From the NCBI GenBank assembly GCA_951406725.2, contig OX597841.1, forward strand, positions 1,240,001 through 1,304,000: 64,000 nucleotides of DNA, in the 5' to 3' direction. Both the position numbers and the translations under genes were made by a program. The stretch is from Octopus vulgaris (taxonomy: Eukaryota). Positions 11,688 to 24,119 of this stretch are shown one piece after another. Position 1 is the stretch's first letter; each line of letters begins with the position of its first letter. The notes below the pieces were generated by a model. The model made no database searches and was not told the DNA's origin. It worked only from the letters and a program-made list of their open reading frames with translations.

Positions 11688-12049
11688 ACACACACGAACA
11701 GACGTGTACACATTATTCCCATGCTGCCTGACTCACTCACTCAAACACACTCAGATCCTAGCAAAGACATCGGCACACACACTGCCATTGTCTCGTGAAC
11801 AAACACCGACATACAAATGCACACTCACACACACACACATGTGCATGCGCAAATGCATATACAGATGCACACGCCTGCACTGCCACAAAACGCACACACA
11901 CACACACACACGCGCGCGAATGCTCATTCGTCCACACAATGCACTCCACATTTGCTAATGAGGTGAATATTGCATTCAAAGAAATAACTTTGTATCACGT
12001 GCACTTCATTTATGTTGGCGAAATGTATTGCTGAATGCTAATGGGACAG

Positions 12050-12126
12050 ATGACGACGATGATGACGATGACGGTGGTGGTGGTGGTGATGATAATGAAG
12101 ATGGTGATAATGAAGATGGTGATGAC

Positions 12127-12163
<37 letters not shown>

Positions 12164-12175
12164 GTGTTGAGAATA

Positions 12176-12207
<32 letters not shown>

Positions 12208-12950
12208 AAAGGTGAGGTTGAGGATGATGATGATAAAGGTGATGTTGAGGATGATGATGATGATGATGATGATGATAATGATGAAGAAGGCGATGTTGAT
12301 GATGATAACGAAGGTGATGATGATGATAATGATGAAGAAGGCAATGTTGAGGATGATAACGAAGGTGATGATGATGACGATGGTGACGATTTTGGTGAGG
12401 ATGATGATGATGATGATGATGTGGAAGAAGATGAAGACGGTGTTGGGTGGTGGTGGCGGTGGGTGGGGGAGTAGCACAGGCAGGTGATGGTGACAATCCA
12501 TGTGTTGGGTGGTGGTTAAGATGCTGGTGGTGGTATTTGTGATGGCAGCTGGCAGTGTACTAATAGCAATGATGACGACGATGATGGTGGTGGTGGTGGT
12601 GGAAGTGGTAGTGGTGGTGGTAGTGGAGGTGGTAGTGATGGAGGTGGTGGTGGTGGTGGCGGTGGTATTAATGATGAGGATGAGGAATAGGAGAATGATG
12701 TGGATGAGGAGAAGGATGAGGATGGTGATGACAATGGCGGTAATGATGATGGTGGTGGTGGTAGTGTTAATGGCAATGATGATGATGATGATGACTGTAT
12801 GATGGTAGTGTTTATGATGATGATGATGATGGTGATGCAGAGGAGGAGAGAAACAGGTGATCCCACTGCTGCCACCACCGCCGCTGTTACTGCTGCTGCT
12901 GCTGCTCATGCCGATAACGACGATGTTGATGACAATGATGATGATGATAA
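12050..12950. repeat. Degenerate (GAT)/(GGT)n trinucleotide low-complexity region
   Basis: Directly visible; gives the poly-D/M/I/H/S ORFs in all frames. Confidence 0.9.
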
Positions 12951-13440
12951 TTTCATACGGAGCTGGTCGTACAGATGGCCTTGAGGCAATAAACTCTAAT
13001 CTACCCTCGAATATTCTATAGAACATAACATCGAGAATGACAGCCCCTCTGCCCCTCTGCCCCCTGTTCCCAGTTCTGTTAGCACAGATTTATGGTTTGG
13101 GCTTTTCAAGTTTCCGATGGTTGATGTGATATAAAAAGAGCAATGGATCGATAAAAATGGCAAAGCAGGAAACACAGTGTTGTGTTGTGTATTTATTGAA
13201 TTATCTCGCTTTATGGTGATGCAAGTGTGGCTGTGTGGTTTAAGGAGTTTGCTTTGCAACTGTGTCGTTTTGGGTTCGATTATTCCCCCAGTGTGGCATC
13301 TTAGATAAATGTCTTCTAATGTAGCTCCAGAATGACCCAAAGTTTTGTGAATGTATTTATGTATTTGGTTAATGGAAAGTGAAAGAAGCCTGTCGTACAC
13401 ACACACACACACACACACACATACATACATACATACACAG

Positions 13441-13477
<37 letters not shown>

Positions 13478-13559
13478 CATTAATTTACAATGGAGTTCTT
13501 CTCAGTTTCTGTCTGCCATTTTCAGTTACAAGTGTTTTACCTTTTGGCATTTAAACCAG

Positions 13560-13930
13560 CCATCATCATCATCATCATTTAAGTTCCACCTACATTGCAG
13601 GCATGGGCTGGACGGTTTGACAGGAGCCAGCCAGGTAGAAACCTGCACCAGACTTCTGCGTCTGTTTCAGCATGGTTTTTACGGTTGGATGCCCTTTCTA
13701 ATACCTATTTTTTTATTATCCACAAGGGGCTAAACACAGAGGGGACAAACAAAGACAGACATAGGTATTAAGTCGATTACATCGACTCCAGTGCATAACT
13801 GGTACTTAATTTATCGACCCCGAAAGGATGAAAGGTAAAGTCGACCTCGGCGGAATTTGAACTCACAACGTAACGACAGACGAAATACGGCTACGCATTT
13901 CGCCCGGCGTGCTAATGTTTCTGCCAGCTT
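13560..13930 (-). mobile_element. Family C element interrupted by a family B long-form SINE (about 13703-13930)
   Basis: C sequence stops at GGATGCCCTTTCTA, then ATACCTATTTT..CACAAGGGGCTAAACAC begins. Confidence 0.8.
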
Positions 13931-14162
13931 ACCAGCCCACAGAGTGGTCAGAGTGCTTTCTACATGGCACCATCACAGGTGAAGTCAGTCTTCACGTGGT
14001 TTTTACAGTGGGATGACCTTCCAAATGTCAACCCCTTTACAGTGTGGACTGGATGCTTTTTAAGCGACACCGGCACTGGTAGGGTCCAGCACTACCCAAC
14101 CAAAGTATTCTGCCCCTTTTATGTTGAAACTGGCCAGATCCAACATCTCACAACTACCTTAC

Positions 14163-14164
<2 letters not shown>

Positions 14165-14199
<35 letters not shown>

Positions 14200-14495
14200 G
14201 TTTAACGTCCGTTTTCCGTGCTAGCACGGGTTGGACGGTTTCGACCGGGGTCTGGGGAGCCAGGGGCTGCCCCAGGCTCCAGTCTGGTCTGGCAGTGTTT
14301 CTACAGCTGGATGCCCTTCCTAACGCCAACCACTCCGCGAGTGTAGTGGGTGCTTTTTTACGTGCCACCTGCACAGGTGCCAGAGGGATCTGGCATCGGC
14401 CACGGTCGGTTGGTGCTTTTTATGTGCCACCTGCACAGAAGCCAGTCGGGGCGGTGCTGGCATCGGCCACGTTCGGATGGTGCTTTTTATGTGGG
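14165..14495 (-). mobile_element. SINE-like family C with internal repeats
   Basis: Colinear with 4134-4450. Confidence 0.85.
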
Positions 14496-14879
14496 GGGGG
14501 TGCAGAAATATAGGGGAGCACCAGTGGGGAGAGGTGTTCGGAGTGTTCATGTACTTGACTCAACAGGTCTCCTCAAGCACAGCGGGAATGTCACTCTAAA
14601 AATCAACAATTGCAGCATGGAAATCTCGAAGCTATCAGATAATGCATGATTACTTCGAAACAATGTGAGTAAATAAGCGTTACATTTGACTGAGGAACCT
14701 GAAAAATAGAGGGTGAAGCTAGCTAAGTCTGTAATACAAATAGATTTACCCAAGGTGCTGGGCTGTGGGATTGAACCTGCAAACTGGATGATTGCAAAGT
14801 AAACTTCTTGAACATTCAACTATCTATCTGTCTGTCTATCTATCTTATGCACCACCACCACCATGATGATGATGATGAT

Positions 14880-15267
14880 GATCATCATCATCATCATTTA
14901 ATGTCCGTTTTCCATGCCGGCATGGGTTGTACGGTTTGACTGAAGACTGGCAAGCCAGGAGGCGGCTCCAGGCTCCAATCTGATCTGGCAAGGTTTCTAC
15001 AGCTGGATGCCTTTCCTACTTCTTTACTACCCACAAGGGGCTAAACACAGAGAGGACAAACAAAGACAGACAAATGGATTAAGTCGATTATATCAACCCC
15101 AGTGCGTAACTGGTACTTATTTAATCGAACCCGAAAGGATGAAAGGCAAAGTCGACCTCGGCGGAATTTGAACTCAGAACGTAACGGCAGACGAAATACC
15201 GCTAGGCATTTCGCCCGGCGTGCTAATGGTTCTGCCAGCTCGCCGCCTTAGCTGGATGCCTTTCCTA
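14880..15267 (-). mobile_element. Family C element with a nested family B SINE (15019-15249) and an 18-bp target-site duplication
   Basis: AGCTGGATGCCTTTCCTA occurs at 15001-15018 and 15250-15267. Confidence 0.9.
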
Positions 15268-16029
15268 TAAAATAAAGTGTCTTGCTCAAGCTCACAACAC
15301 ACCACCAGGGACTGAACTCACAACCTTACGATTGTGAGCCAAACACCCCTAACCACTAAGCCACGTGCCTTCACAGAAGTATCCGTAACCACATCACCAT
15401 TCAGTGTGATTATCTATTTTTTTTTTTCCAAAAGGTCCTAGTCACAGTTGGAGGCAATTTGGTTGCTATTTCTAGCAGATCGAATGATCATGTAGTGACA
15501 TCATGCAGAGACTGGCAGTGGTGGTAGTAGTGGTGGTGGTGGTGGTGGTGGTGGTGGTAATAAATCATGTTGGTATGAACTCAATAGCTGACGCTAAATG
15601 AATTTGTCAGGACAGGTAGAAGCTGAAAGCGTACTGGATTCGACTTGATGTAACTGGTTTGCATCTCTTTTGTTTTCTTTTCTTTCTTTCTGTATTTGTT
15701 TCTTATTCCTTTTGATACCAACATACCAACTCTACTCAGATTAATCTTCTTTTCATTTCTACCTTTTTTTTTTTGTTTTTTGTTGTTTTTTTTGTTTTTT
15801 TTTTTACCTCTGATACAAAACTTCGTTTAAAGTGTATGGTATTTAAAATTAAAACCGTCCATTTATAATTTTACATTTTCTTTTTATTTTTCGGGGTGGG
15901 TTTTTGTTTTTACAAACATCAAATAAATGGCAAATAAATACCATCTCATAAATAGTAGCATCTTAATATTACTCTTTTACTTGTTTCAGTCATTTGACTG
16001 CGGCCATGCTGGAGCACTGCCTTTAGTCA

Positions 16030-16502
16030 ATTACATTGACCCCAATGTTCAATTGGTGCTTATTTAATCGACCCTAAAAGGATGAAAGGCAAAGTCGACC
16101 TCGGCAGAATTTGAACTCAGAACGTAAAGACAGACAAAATGGTGTTAAGCACTTTATCTGGCTTCTTAATGATTCTGCTAGCTTGGCACCTTTATATCAA
16201 GCTATAAATAACAGCATGTCCCTTGAGCAACCTTCAACTTTTTCTCTTGAAAACGTTTTTTTTTCTTTCATTTTTATCTACCGAATAGGCAAAGGAGTGG
16301 CACAAGGCCAGAAGTTTTGTGGGAAGGGGTTAAGTCGATCTCATTGACACCAGTGCTCAACTGGTACTTAATCTATCGGTTCCAAAGTGATGGAAGGCAA
16401 AGTCGACCTCGGTGGAATTTGAACCCAGAACGTACAGACCGACAAAATACAGCTAAGCAGCGTTTTGCCCAGCATGCTAACGATTCTGCCAGCTCTCCAC
16501 CT
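16030..16502 (-). mobile_element. Two diverged family B SINEs (about 16030-16190 and 16300-16502)
   Basis: AAGGCAAAGTCGACCTCGG..AATTTGAAC occurs twice. Confidence 0.8.
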
Positions 16503-17214
16503 TTACGTTTTGCATAACATTAAAATGCCGACATAGATCCCAGCTGTGGATTACGTGGGCTTGGACTCATATTAAGGAGCTTATTGTTAGTTGATTACTT
16601 AATATTGGCACAAGGACACATACACACACACACACACACACATGTTTGTAAGGAGGGAAGAGGAAAGGAGGAGGAGGATGAAGAGGGGGGCTGTAGTTGA
16701 GCTCATTGGTTCCACCATATTGATTGCTACTTAATTTTGTTATTTTGTTTCTTTTTTTCTTTTTGGTTTTTGGTTTTAGCAAATCCCCACCCAGCTACCC
16801 ATGTTCTGACATCAGCATTAGTCGTCGTCATCGTCGTAGTAGTAGTAGTAGTAGCCCCTACTTTTTTACTCTTTTACTCTTTTACTTGTTTTAGTCATTT
16901 GACTGTGGCCATGCTGGAGCACCGCCTTTAGTCAAGCAAAAGTTGTTTGATGAAAAACAATTAATGTTGACAACAACCACTGCCACTACCACCATCACTA
17001 CCACCACCACCATCACAATCATCATCATTATCAACCCTCTCCCAACGACAACAACAACACCACCACTATGGTCATCCTCATCATCATCATCACCATCGTA
17101 AACATCGCAACTAACAACTATAACCAACATCTATGCCACCATCGTAAGCAACACAGAACCATCAACAGCATGAGCACTACCACCTCAACAACGACAACAA
17201 CAACAACAGCAAGT

Positions 17215-17600
17215 GGAGGCGCAATGGCCCAATGGTTAGGGCAGCGGACTCAAGGTCGGAGGAACGCACTTTTGATTCCCAGACCGGGCGTTGTGTGTGT
17301 TTATTGAGTGAAAACACCTAAAGCTCCACGAGGCTCCGGCAGGAGGTGGTGGCGACCCCTGTTGTACTCTTTCGCTCCAACTTTCTCTCAATCTTTCTTC
17401 CCGTTTCTTGTCCCCGACTTCCTACGCAACCGCTGAGCCTGGATGCGCATTCATCCATCTGTCGATGCTCTCGGTGTCAGGGGTTTGCCTGCTTTCTCTT
17501 CTGCGGGTCTTACGAATAGCAAAGGACCACGTTTTGGACTTCTCCCATCTTGCGAGCTCTGAGACGAAGACCGTCCGCTCAACAGCAACAACAACAACAA
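17215..17600 (+). mobile_element. SINE family E head with tail type 2 and a (CAA)n end
   Basis: Head GGAGGCGCAATGGCCCAATGGTTAGGGCAGCGGACTC..GATTCCCAGACCGGG is shared with 44860 and 56257, but the 3' half differs. Confidence 0.8.
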
Positions 17601-17814
17601 CGGCAAGCTCAAGTAATGAGCCTGTTTATATGGTTGCTTAATCTTCTAGGAATAATAGCGGAAGACTTCTCATATCATACCCACTCCGAGAGTGTAGTGG
17701 ATGCTTTTATGTGCCACCAGCACGAGGGCCAGTCAGGTGGTTCTGGCAATGACCACGCTCAAAAGGCAGTTGCCAGAACCACCTGACTGGCGCTTGTGCC
17801 GAAAGTCTCTAAAA

Positions 17815-18032
17815 CCTATTTCTTTACTACTCACAAGGGGCTAAAAACAGAGAGGACAAACAAGGACAGACAAAGGGATTAAGTCAATTATATCGACTCC
17901 AGTGTGTAACTGGTACTTATTTGATCGACTCCGAAAGGATGAAAGGCAAAGTCGACCTTGGCGGAATTTGAACTCAGAACGTAGCGGCAGACGAAATACC
18001 GCTAAGAATTTCGCCCGGCGTGCTAACGTTTC
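17815..18032 (-). mobile_element. SINE family B long form
   Basis: CCTATTTCTTTACTAC..AAGGGGCTAAA..GCCCGGCGTGCTAACG. Confidence 0.85.
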
Positions 18033-18541
18033 TTACTTTGGTCCAGTGGTAGAACATCTGTCCTGCGTACAAGAGATGTGAGTTTGAGTCCCGTGAACAC
18101 TGGCATCAGTCACATTGCCTCTGTGATGCCCAATGCTTGAAAAATGCCTTTTACATGCCACTGGCATGGGTGCCGGTTACGCAACACCAATATCTCCCAC
18201 ATCTACGATTTCACTTGACTTGATGGGTCTTTTACTCAAGCCCTGCATATTGCCAAAGGTCGCCCGGATCAAATCCAGATGCTCTTGGTTATCACGATTA
18301 TGCACCAGTCTTCTTCCACCACATGCACACATATTAATAGATGCAAGATACACTTGTACTTAAATATACTGCGTGGCTATTTTTCAATATTTCACTATTG
18401 GTTATATCCATGGCGATAAAACTTAATAGTTCACGACTACATTGACAACACCTTCATCAGGAAAACAGATATTGTCATTCAACTAATTCATTATTCATTT
18501 GGTTTCAGTTGTATGACTCTTTAGTTATTTATTTATTTGTT

Positions 18542-18583
<42 letters not shown>

Positions 18584-18628
18584 TGGCTGTGTGGTAAGTA
18601 GCTTGCTCACCAACCACATGGTTCCGAG

Positions 18629-18931
18629 TTGTTTAAGGAATTTGAACAAAACACCCATGTTTCCAGAGATGAATTACTCAAACGCCAAACACATGGCTAT
18701 GACGCTCTCCCACTACTTCTGCTTGTGATCAGAGATGCGTATAGCGTCAGCCACTAAGGGACATGCTCAACTGGTTAAGGTCAAGCAACTGACAAGCAAA
18801 TCTGTGGTATTGAGCAGAATATTTGCTGTAGCCCACCTTTTATACCAAGACAAAACAATGTACATGATAACACTTCCAATCAGTTAAGATCAGAAGCCAC
18901 GAGAGCCACTGCCTGGTACTACATCATGGCA
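18629..18931. mobile_element. Element F, partial
   Basis: Matches about 45978-46294 and ends in (TTA)n. Confidence 0.85.
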
Positions 18932-19833
18932 TTATTATTATTGTTATTATTATTATTATTGTTATTATTATTATTATAATTATTATTCAACTAGTTAACA
19001 ATCTAGCTAAGTAACTAATCAATTGTTGGATTAATTATTCGGTCAATCAATCAATCAATCAACTAGGTTTGTCAAAGTTCCTTTGTTGCCATTTCTGACT
19101 CATCAATGACACACCCTATCTACTCTAGTTCTGCTTCTGGTCAGAGAGGAGATGTGATTGATGAGGTCAGAAATGGCAATGAAAGGTCTCTGATAAACCT
19201 AAGTAGTCAACTGATTGATCGACTGATTAACCAAACAATCAATTAATAATTGATTAAATAGTTAACTACTCGACAGCTACTACTACTATTAATGCTGCTA
19301 CTGCTGCTGTTGCTTCTGCTGCTGCTGCTACTACTACTACTACTACTACTACTACTAACAATAATAATAATAATAATATAAGTGAAATAAAACCAGTGCA
19401 TGTGTTTATTATTTGCATAATGACCCTCCCAAAATGCAACAAAACCTATTAAATTCATTATTATCAACAATAAAATTTGGATGGCAAGCTCGTTAGCACG
19501 TTGGGCAAAATGCTTAGTGTCATCCCAACCGTGTTCTACATTCTTAGTTCAAATTCAGCAGGGGGCCAACTTTAATTTTTGTCCTTTTGGAGTCCATGAA
19601 ATAAGTACCTGTCAAGTCCTGGGGATGGGGGTGGTGTGTGTGTGTGTGGGGGGGGGGGGGTTGAGATCGATGTAATCGACTTACCCCCACCCTTCTGAAA
19701 TTGCTGGTTTTGTGCCAAAATATAAAACCATTCTTGGTATTTAGATTTTTTTTTTTCCATTTTATGTTTAGGACAGAATTTTCTTTTGCCTGTAGAGAAT
19801 CTCGAATGGACCTTCTCATGAGTATTGCAATGG

Positions 19834-19979
19834 TTAAATGGTTTTACAGTTCTATATTTAAGAGATGAGGAATTATGTACATTATTTACGTTGTTTACAT
19901 CTGATGGATATTTGTCCAAACAAGACGAAAAGAAATATCCGTCGAATGTAAATAATGTAAATAATGTTAAATGGTTTTA
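19834..19979. mobile_element. MITE-like fold-back bounded by a 14-bp direct repeat
   Basis: GTTAAATGGTTTTA at both ends. Internal inverted arms are ACATTATTTAC..GATGGATATTT / AAATATCCGTC..GTAAATAATGT. Confidence 0.6.
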
Positions 19980-20009
19980 TTGATATTTATTAAATACTAA
20001 CTCCTCGGT

Positions 20010-20400
20010 GATAAGATGCTTGCTTCCCAACAACATGGTTTCGGGTTCAATCCCACTCTGTGGTACCTCGGACAAGTGCCTTCTGCTTTGGTCTCAGGCC
20101 GACCAAAGCCTGGTGAGTGGATTTGGTAGATGGAAACTGAAAGAAGCTTGTCATATATATATATATATTTGTGTATATTCATGTTTGTGTGTCTTTGTGT
20201 CTGTGTTTGCCCCCCCCCCCCCTTCCATCACTGTTCGACAACTGGTGTTTGTGTGTTTACATCCCCGTAACTTAGTGGCTCTGCAAAAGAGACCGATACA
20301 ATAAGTACTAACCTCAAAGAATAAGTCGTGGAGTCAATTTGTTCGACTAAGACCATTCAAGGCAGTGCTCCAGCATGGCCACAGTCAAATAGCTGAAATA
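20010..20400 (+). mobile_element. SINE family A
   Basis: Colinear with 52817-53210. Confidence 0.85.
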
Positions 20401-20519
20401 GGTGAACCAGAAAGTTTGAATCAAACTCTTTTGATCTTTACATGTAACTCCCAATAAATGTGTTGAGAGCCCTTCTTTTGTTTGTCTACTCACTCGTATA
20501 TATATATATATGTATATGT

Positions 20520-20817
20520 AGAGGCACATGACCTAGTGGTTAGAGCAGCGGACTCATAGTAGAGGGATTGCGAGTTCAAATCTCAGACAGAGTGATGTGT
20601 GTGTTTATGAGCAAAACACCTAAGCTCCACGTGGTTCCGGCAGAAGGTAATGGCGAACTTCTGCTGACTCTTTCACCACAACTTTCTCTCACTCTTTCCT
20701 TCTGCATCTTGAAGCTCACCTGTGATGGATCGGCGTCCCGTTCAGGTGGGGAAATTATACGCCAAGGAAACTGAGTAACCAGCTCTTATGAGCCAGGCAT
20801 GGCTTGAGAAGGAACAA
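20520..20817 (+). mobile_element. SINE family E head with tail type 3, full length
   Basis: tRNA-like head (CTAGTGGTTAGAGCAGCGGACTC..GAGTTCAAAT); the tail is shared with 4449 and 5695. Confidence 0.8.
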
Positions 20818-20854
20818 AGAAATATATATATATGTATATATATATATTTCTTTC

Positions 20855-20918
<64 letters not shown>

Positions 20919-20919
<1 letters not shown>

Positions 20920-21253
20920 AAGGCGCATGGCTCAGTGGTTAGAGCATCGAGCTTACGATCGTGAGGTTGTGAGCTCAAATCCCGGACCGGGCTGCGTGTT
21001 GTGTTCTTGAGCAAGACACTTTATTTCACGTTGCTCCAGTTCTCTCAGCTGTAGAAATGAGTTGTAACGTCACAGGTGCCAAGCTGTATCGGCCCCTTTG
21101 CCTTACCCTTGCATAACACTGGTGGCATGGAGAGGGAAGGCTGGTATGTGTGGGCGACTGCTGGTCTTCCATAAACAACCTTGCCCAGACTTGTTCCTGG
21201 GAGGGTAACTTTCTAAGTGCAAGCCCATGGTCAGTCATGACCGATGGGGGTCA
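20919..21253 (+). mobile_element. SINE family D, full length
   Basis: Colinear with 2196-2536. Confidence 0.85.
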
Positions 21254-21277
21254 CATATATATATATATATATATATA

Positions 21278-21480
21278 GGTTGTTCAAAAAGTATCTGCAA
21301 TGAATTCTTTTAAGAGAGTCAACCTATGTATTGAAAATGAAGGACGACACTTTCAACACCTCTTATAAAGTTTTTCAAAGTCTTGTAAAGTCTAATATAT
21401 TCTTTTGTAGTCTTATACCATCTTAGAAATATTTATTTTGCAATAAAATACTTACTGTGGACAGACTTTTTGAACATCCT
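21278..21480 (+). mobile_element. Tc1/mariner-derived MITE in (TA)n
   Basis: TIRs GGTTGTTCAAAAAGT / ACTTTTTGAACATCC. The interior encodes a transposase C-terminus-like peptide, KRVNLCIENEGRHFQHLL*. Confidence 0.8.
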
Positions 21481-21495
21481 CTGTGTATGTATGAA

Positions 21496-21527
<32 letters not shown>

Positions 21528-21671
21528 GCGTGAGTTCCGTCATAGATACTGGTCGACTTTGCCTCTATGTTTAGCCCCTTGTGGGCAATAAAGAAACTAT
21601 ATATATATACGTTTAAATATTTGTTGTGCAAGATTATTGGCTAAACTGGCAATATGACCATTCCGAAATAT

Positions 21672-21709
<38 letters not shown>

Positions 21710-21712
<3 letters not shown>

Positions 21713-22050
21713 ATCATCGTTTAATGTCCGTTTTCCATGCTAGCATGGGTTGGACGGTTCGACCGGGGTCTGGGAAGCCAGGAGGTTGCACCAGGCTCCA
21801 GTCTGATCTGGCAGTGTTTCTACAGCTGGATGCCCTTCCTAACGCCAACCACTCCGTGATCGTAGTCGGTGCTTTTTATGTACCAGGGTATGCTGGCAAC
21901 GGCCAAGAACGGTTGGTGCTTTTTTCGTGCCACCGGCACGGAAGCCAGTCACGGCGGCGCTGGCATTGGCCACGTACAGATGGTGCTTTTCACGTGCCTC
22001 CGGCACATGTGCCAGGGCAGGCTGGCAACGGCCACAAACGGTTGGTGCTC
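21710..22050 (-). mobile_element. SINE-like family C with three internal repeats
   Basis: Colinear with the other C copies. Confidence 0.85.
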
Positions 22051-22139
22051 TCTCTCTGACCCTTTTTTTCATTGTTTCTTCATTGTTAGAAGATGTTGAA
22101 TCCATGGATATTTAATCACTTATTTACTTATTTGTTTAT

Positions 22140-22296
22140 TTACCTTTTATATTTAAAATATTTGTTCTGAATATTTTTTTTTAAATATATTATATTATTA
22201 GCATTTATTACAAAATTCCGTCCTGGCCTAAAAAAAAAAAAAGAAAGAAAAAGAAAAAATTGTTCGACAGAATTGTCTCCCTTAGATTATGATTGT

Positions 22297-22351
<55 letters not shown>

Positions 22352-22654
22352 CTATTTATTTTTGAAATCTTTTTTTTTTTTCATATTATTGCATTCATTA
22401 CAAAACTATCCCAACTTCACTCCACTAATAAAGAATAGAAAAAGAAAATTATTTGACTGAATTGTTTCAATTAAACATTAACTATAATAACAACAACAAT
22501 AATAAAAATTACACTATTTTTGAATATTTTTAACATTATATCAATGTGTTCATTAGAAAAATTAAGAAAAATAGTAATAGATGTAAAAAAAAAGAAAAAT
22601 TGCTCAACAGAATTATCTTTCTTAGACATTAACTAGAATGTCAGTTTATTTAAT

Positions 22655-22686
<32 letters not shown>

Positions 22687-22960
22687 CATTACAAAATTTT
22701 ACCTCATCCCCTAAAAAAAAAAAACCTGAAAAAAAAATTGTTTGACTGAATTGTCTCCCTTAACTATGATTTTTTTAATAATAATAATAATGATAATAAC
22801 ACAGTATTTATTTTGAATATTTTTGATATCATTGTATCTGTGTTTCCAGTGCTATGAAATTACCAAAAATAAACGAAAAGAAAAATTAAGAAAAAAAAAC
22901 CAAAAAATTTTAATTGCTCGACAGAATTATCTTCCTTAGACACTAACTATGAAATCCCAT
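22140..22960. repeat. Degenerate AT-rich tandem array of 5 units (about 140-190 bp) with a conserved ~27-bp core
   Basis: Core AATTGYTYGACWGAATTRTCTYYCTTA at about 22258, 22447, 22598, 22736 and 22912. Confidence 0.75.
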
Positions 22961-23379
22961 TCTCTTCTCTGCTGTGTGGTCTGTGCAAAGATTTCCTCAT
23001 GAATAATGAGCGTCAAACAACAAATCCACCAGGAATGGTATTCCTCATCAATAACGAAATATTCATAACCATCTAAATTAACATTAAGTTCGTTAAACTT
23101 TCATCATACAGAACTACTGTTTCATTTTTTTTTTTTTTTTTTTGTATGATTTTTTTTAGCTTTTTCCATATTTTTGTACTTTTGTTTTATTTGTATGCAT
23201 TCTTGTTCTTCTTCTTCTTCTTGATGTTGTTGACATTTTTTTGTTTCGGAATCTTGAATGCACAATAATAATAATAATGATTCCTTCTCGATTTTCTTTC
23301 TCTTCTTCTTCTTTATCTACTAGCTCGTCATCTTTCTCTTCTAGCTTGTCTTCTTGTTCATTCTTCTTCTTCTTCTTCT

Positions 23380-23418
<39 letters not shown>

Positions 23419-23699
23419 TCTTCTTCCTCTTCTTCTTCCTCTTCTTCTTCTTCCTCCTCTTCTTCTACCTCTTCTTCTTCCTCTTCTTCTTCTTCTTCTC
23501 CTCTCCTCCTCCTCCTCCTCTTCTTCTTCTTCTCCTCCTCCTCCTTCCTTCCTTCCTTCCTTCCTCCCTCCCTTCCCCCTAAAGGCTAGTCAACAACACA
23601 AGAGGATGTTGTTCTCCCAATGCTGACCAAACCCACTTTCTTCCATTGGTCTCGAACTTATCTAACATCAAGGTTGGCAACTTTTTTTCTAAATCCGAC

Positions 23700-23970
23700 A
23701 TTTACACCCGGCTACAAAAACCTTGTTAATTTAGGAATCGTATGTCTGTTTGCATCATCACCTCAACGTTTCTGCACCACGCGGGCACAAGGACACTTTA
23801 CAAAACACAAATCAAAAGGCTCAGTGCCATCATCAGGCGACATCTTAGAGCTATGATGAACATCAAAGGATGGCAACATGTCTTGAGTTCCAAAGTCTTC
23901 AGGAAAGCTGGCTTTCAAACTCTGCACCATCTATTAATTCAGTGAAACCTCTATTGGATAGGCCTTTTTG
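23700..23970 (+). mobile_element. RTE-clade LINE fragment (post-RT C-terminal region), degenerate
   Basis: Translates ..TRTLYKTQIKRLSAIIRRHLRAMMNIKGWQHVLSSKVFRKAG..LLIQ*NLYWIG, resembling the RTE motif TWTLY..IKxL..RxLRxILxIKW..V...EVL.RA..LRWxG. Confidence 0.7.
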
Positions 23971-24119
23971 CTAGACTTGCCAATTGAATGACTCTCAAAC
24001 CATTCCTGTTCTCATGACTGGCAGATAGTTATCAAAACAGTGGTAGACCCATATTGGGATTCAAAACAGTGTCAGGCTGAACCTACAGGGTCTATCTTTT
24101 CCCACTGACAAGTGGTACC

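Noticed and set aside
12028-12474. Poly-Asp ORF resembling acidic biomineralisation proteins
   Set aside because: It lies in a (GAT)n tract that is open in multiple frames, with no signal peptide or convincing splice context.
20610-20670. HDV-like ribozyme in SINE E (AGC-TCCACG..; GGCGAACTTCTGCTG resembles the CPEB3 ribozyme 3' end)
   Set aside because: I could not form P1 or a correctly placed P2; only a simple hairpin is supported.
22258-22950. CRISPR-like repeat-spacer array
   Set aside because: The context is eukaryotic, repeats are degenerate, spacers are long and related to one another, and there are no cas genes.
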